64,000 nt of DNA, taken from positions 46,500,001-46,564,000 of the forward strand of contig NC_043007.1 of assembly GCF_006345805.1 (NCBI RefSeq). Reading direction: 5' to 3'. The translations under genes and the position numbers were made by a program. A model generated the notes under the pieces. It had not been told where the DNA came from. It did no database searches and saw only the letters and a program-made list of their open reading frames with translations. Positions 58,788-64,000 of the stretch are shown piece by piece (position 1 is the first letter of the stretch; each line of letters begins with the position of its first letter). This stretch comes from Octopus sinensis. Lineage: Eukaryota.

Positions 58788-61048
58788 TCGACTATTGCTA
58801 ATATTGCAAAATGTCTGTGTATTTGTGTGTCTGTGTGTCTGTGTGTCTGCGTTTCCTTTATACAAATCCACAGTTTTTCACGTGAAAGGCTCGCATTTTC
58901 TATGGGATTTCAAAACTGTATGAGAGTGGTCATGAAGATCGTTTCATTTCTCCAGTCACCCCAGAAAAACATTTAAAAAATTGATAAACCGACCCTTTGT
59001 GCCCATAAGTTATGGGCATATTCATTCAAAATCGCTAAAAGGTAGAAATTTGTACGCGGTGCGTGCGTACAGCTGGATACGCCAAAAGACTGCCAGATGT
59101 GTTTTGATTGGACAGAGATAATTTTACCCTTGGCAGTTGAATGTGCGTGCGCATTTGCAGACAGTCTCTATGACTCAGTACATTTTTGTGTTTTACGAAG
59201 ACGCGTTATCATGTGTTTTGGCTTTCAAACGTGCACGCATTTTTTATTTCAGAAATGCAGGGAATAATTAAGGAGTTAGACCAAGTGAATGACAAGAGAG
59301 CGGGATTTTCAAGAAAGACCAAATATGCTTGATATGCTATCATTCCTTAAGTATGCCATAAGAGAGTTGGAGCCTTTTCAATGTAACTGTTTAGGTAGGG
59401 CTTTACTTTTATAATTTCAGTTGAATTAACTTATCCAGCGGGAGCCCAGAATGTTTTATTCAAGTAGGATTAAAAATGAAGAAAATGTGTGTACAATTCG
59501 ATTGACAGAATCCCAGACCCACAGGATACCGCCCAATATCCGGTCTAGTTTTTGAACGCTTTAATGCCATCGGGGCGTCCACCTCACACTCTGTGGCTGA
59601 GAGTGGGCTGTCATATCATGCTGATCCGGAACCTGCGTCTGTCCACAGTGCAACGGCACGCGAGTGGTCGTCAAGACATTGTCCGCTGACTTGATTGAGG
59701 CGACCATTATAACGGGACAAGGAAACATACTTTCTGCGCCATCGGACATTCCCTTCACTTTCCGACGGACGCTATTTCCGGTGAAGCCTTGCTTTGCGAT
59801 GTCAATTAATAAATCATAGGGACAGACATTCTCAGTATGTGAATACATCTGGGCGAACCCTGCTTTTCGCATGGGCAACTTTATGTTGCCTGCTCACGCG
59901 TTGGAGGTAGGAATTCCCTGTTTGTATATGCCCCTGAGGGTAAAATCCGCAATAGTTTTTACAACGAGATTTCGGATAAGCATTTATAAATGCATTGGTA
60001 TACCAATGCTATCCTCAACGAAAACAAGTCTCACTTTGTCAGATGTTTATTAAGTTAGTTTAAAGGGCTAGGTCCCCTTTTGTGAAGGCTGTCGGTAAGT
60101 TTTGGTATGTTTCGCCAATGCAGATCTCCAAAGCTACATTCTTCAATGGTCCTTAATCCAATGCAGCCGTACTCCTCCAAAACAAACCCGCCATGCACAT
60201 CTCCACAGCTAATTTCCTCTACGGCCATGTCATTTAGTGATAGATCTGGATTAGAAACTGCCTATTAAAGGCTCCCGATCCCCCTTTCAGTAAGGTTAGT
60301 CTAGGGTTTAGCTGAAGGTTTAGTTGTGTTCGGAACCTAACCACCTCCGTTTCAGTGTATTGGGAGCCCAGTTAGCCTTCCATTGAAAAGGCATACCTTT
60401 TATTTATACCTTAGTTAACCTTGATGTCGTACGTGCTTGTATGCGTCATGAACTTATAACTATTGACCTTACTGCGTTACTTGCTTCCATACGTCATACT
60501 CATAAAATCACTTTGAATGCTGTTTTTGTGCTCTAATTGCTCTGCTGGAATCAGCACTTTTCTTCCCACCATTGCTATTCACTCATAGGACGAGGGGGTT
60601 AGGTGAAGGGGGTTGGTGTCAAAAGGGTGGACATGTGTAACTTGATCACCTCTGCCAGTCAAACTCCCAACCCATGCGTCCCCGTCGCGACACTGATTGC
60701 GCAGAACTGGGTTGGGTGTGAAACCAAAAATCAAAATCAGCAAACAAAATTTATGTGTATTTTCAAAATCATGCTATTTTGCAGCCAAATTCGACTTTTT
60801 CGCTTTCTTCTGCCTCCTTTTTTGTCCGACTAAATGCAAGTGCACAGTTCTGCTAATTTTCCATGATTATGCCGTTCCAGGAGGTGTGAAAACCGAAGTC
60901 CAATGAATATTAATTACTCTCATAAAAAGTTCCAACTAGCTCATGAACAACAAAACTGGCCTGGGCTGAAATGTGATTAGAAACTTAGCTCTTGATTTAG
61001 TAAGAAATTTTTACTGCGACCCGGCAACGAACAGCAAGAATATATAGT
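58788..61048 (+). mobile_element. Helitron remnant carrying a C-terminal helicase fragment (about 59470-60050)
   Basis: Frameshifted PSGRPPHTLWLRVGCHIMLIRNL..CNGTRVVV, RRTLFPVKPCFAMSINKS*GQT, and HGQLYVACSRVG are PIF1-like Helitron helicase motifs. The termini are degenerate, so boundaries are approximate. Confidence 0.8.
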
Positions 61049-61055
61049 TATATAT

Positions 61056-61270
61056 CTTTTTCTATTCTAGACACAAGGCCTAAAATTTTGGGGGAGGGAG
61101 CACAGCGATTAGATCGACCCCATTACGCAACTGGTACTTAATTTATCGACCCCGAAAGGACGAAAGGCAAAGTCGACCTCGGCAGAATTTGAGCTCAGAA
61201 CGCAAAGACAAACGAAATACCGCCAAGCATTTCGCCCGGCGTGCTAAGATTTCTGCCAGCTCGCGGCCTT
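61056..61270 (-). mobile_element. SINE family B, full length
   Basis: Minus strand: aaggccgcgagctggcagaaatcttagcacgccgggcgaaatgc..ctgagctcaaattctgccgaggtcgac. Confidence 0.85.
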
Positions 61271-63342
61271 AGTGAAACCATATATCGTATTGCTAGAGAA
61301 GTAAACTTTAAATATTAAAAAAAAGCATCGAAGTAATTTTTTTTTTTTTGATCATTCGAATTTCAATTCATGACTTAAAATTATTTTCAACAAAAGAGAT
61401 GTCAAATAAAAAACAAAATCAGTTTATAAGGACGTCTGCTAACACAGGTATGCATTGATTGTATTAAAATCTAACTGATTTTGATACACATATAAATTTC
61501 TTAATCAACTGAGAATCTGAAGGATGCTGTACTCATAAACTAACTTGAATGAAATAAAAATAAATAAAACACTTCGTTTTTAGACGAAAACTTACTTTGC
61601 ATAATATTTATTAACGATTGGCTATCTAGAAGATACAAATACTTTTGAGCACAATGATTTCCTATATCCGGAAATACAATGACTGAAATATAACATAACA
61701 AATCAAATGTTTCGAGCTTTAGGTTTAACCCTTTCTGGCCTCTGTCAAGACAAGAGTCCCTGTTACTTTGTGGAATATCTTTAACTCTTTATCCCAGTAT
61801 CAACACCCATATTCATTTGTCTTCTGTGACACTGTTACATTGCTAGCATTTCCTCTGTGAAACAGTTTTGAAAATGATTTGCAACGTCATGACATGGAAG
61901 TCATATTTAACGAATTCTAATTCTCGTATGAACTGTTAGGAGTGTTATTATTTTGCAAGTTGCATGCAACATGCGCGCGAGCACGCTTACGCATGCACCC
62001 CCCCCCCACACACACACACATACACACACATATATATATATATGCATACACATTGTGTGTGCATATGTGTGTGTGTAAGACAAAATTATTGACATGAGCA
62101 AATTCTACAATGTGAGGTTAATAATTTGTTATACATATTACGAATAGCACACCAAAATCGCTGCCGCGGAAAGTAGGCAGCCATATTTACTATATCAGCT
62201 GCTATATCGCACAGGTTCTTTTCTCAGGCACGGAGCGACTTCAACGTAAAATATCGAAGATGACATTGTAGAAATGGATGCCGCTGGTAATTGATCAGTG
62301 AACAGCGCGACAATAAATTTATCTTTTAATGACGCATATTTGGTCACATTCCACTTTAGCATTTAGGAGGGGGCAGATCTCTAACTTATGACAGAAATTA
62401 CAAAATTGCTTCTAGAAAATTTAATGCAACATTTAGCTTCTCAGGTGATTAGCTAACCTACATCAAATTGAAAAATAGATATTCTGCCCGGACACCTGCA
62501 GATTCTGTTTTCAAATGCTGACCAGAATATCTATCTCATTTAATAACATCGGTCACTGAGCCGTTTTGGAGGAAATATTCGACTTTATGACAAATAACAG
62601 AGTGAATATCAACCTCGTAGATAGTAGCGGCCTTTATGTGGATCGCTCATCCAGAAACCGATCGCTTACCCAAAAGCCGACACGCAGAAACCGATAATGC
62701 AGAGGCATTCATACTTGAGGAGAGTACCGGTCAACTAAGAGGAAAGCAGACACTGTTGGATTAATGCGAGACAGCCTTGGTTGAACGATGATTTGATTTT
62801 TTCAGGTTGTGTACAAATGTACCTGTCTAAAACAGTTTATCATAGTTTAACTTATAATGTTACAGGATCTGCTACTATCTTACTTTGTAGTACAAGTGTT
62901 ACGGTACTGCAAACACGTTGTTCAGCTTGTACACTATCAAGCAACATTTAAAATAAACATTATCTCAGCGTTCTTAAAGCACCAAATATCCACTAGTCAA
63001 AAACATTACTAAGTATTTTCATCCTCCTTAGAATTACAAACAAAAGCTATTGCCTCGTGTCGGTATCATTAATATCAATACCACAAAATTAGGAAGCACC
63101 GACCATAGTGATTATATTTACCATTGAGCTTGTTTGCCGTAATCTCACAGTAAGGTAATTTCCTAGTAATCTGTTGCGAAATAGATGTTTATTGTACCGA
63201 AGCTACTGTTATGATAATGGAGGTTAATGTTAATGAGATTTTTATTGACAAGCATTTACACATGATCTTAAGAGATCAAAGCATACATCGGATATTAATC
63301 AAGTGATTTTTGAATAGATATACTGAATATTCTAAAGAATAT

Positions 63343-64000
63343 ACAAGGTACGTAAGGTATGTGAGAACATACCTTTTTTGAGTCATTGCTGCACATTTTC
63401 TAAATCTGTATAATCTTTGTTTCAGAAAATAATGATGGCACACTCTCAGCTTTCTCAAGAACTGAAGAGGCATGCTGTTATTGCGGTATTAAAGGCCGAG
63501 CATAGCGATTTATAAATCTCGATTTTTAAAAACTGCCAGAGCTTTCGTCTACACACTTTGTAAGAAGCTAGAGATTGACGATGGAAGCGTATCACTAGTA
63601 TCAAAGCATAAAAAGCATTCTAGACGCTCTGAAATCATCAGAACACATGCATTTATTCAGCAAGTTCAACAGACCATTGATTACAATCCCAGAAAGTCTG
63701 TGAGGTCATTTGCATAAGATCTCCATGTGTCAGAAAGAACATTGTGAAATGTTGTCCACGTAGACATTAAATGTAAGTTTTATATGATTAGGAAAGATCA
63801 ATTTGTCAGAAACAGCAAAGAAAAATCACTGCATCAGAACTAAAAGACTCTTAAACAAACTGAAAAATCCAGCAGAAGATTTGATTTGGTTTTTCTCAAG
63901 CGAGAAAAAATTCGCCCAAGATCAAAATGTTAACAGAAGAAAAGACAGGTAGTTATGTGCAGACCCTTCTCAAGTTCCAGGTGTTATGCATACAAAACAA
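63343..64000 (+). mobile_element. Degenerate Tc1/mariner-superfamily (maT/DD37D-like) transposase 5' part, runs off the window
   Basis: Across stops and frameshifts: ELKRHAVI..KKHSRRSEIIRT..VQQTID.NPRKSVRS..L.VSERT, and IWFFSSEK.F.QDQNVNRR.DR.LC.DP..VP.VMHTK. Confidence 0.8.

Overview
AT-rich, microsatellite-dense eukaryotic non-coding DNA. It most likely comes from an Octopus genome; this is inferred from the recognisable tRNA-derived SINE families and the (TA)n/(AAT)n/(GATA)n load, not from a search. I found no supportable host protein-coding exon, and most ORFs in the supplied track are microsatellite artefacts or transposon fragments. The window is almost entirely transposable-element debris: (1) a near-complete, frameshifted Penelope-like retroelement (RT + GIY-YIG) with direct and inverted pseudo-LTRs at 31609-36545, plus many older Penelope fragments; (2) an R4/Dong-type RLE LINE sitting in (AAT)n and split by a nested CR1-clade LINE with a GCAT target duplication; (3) a terminally complete Chapaev3 DNA transposon with TIRs and a TTA duplication; (4) mariner, maT, MITE and Helitron remnants and many SINEs. 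The least obvious signal is a set of about a dozen minimal type-I hammerhead ribozyme motifs. They lie in Penelope pLTRs, in solo pLTRs, in an old foldback, and in a 334-bp non-coding tandem repeat that resembles a retrozyme. One family carries a recurrent non-canonical core (CUGU-N-GA-A).
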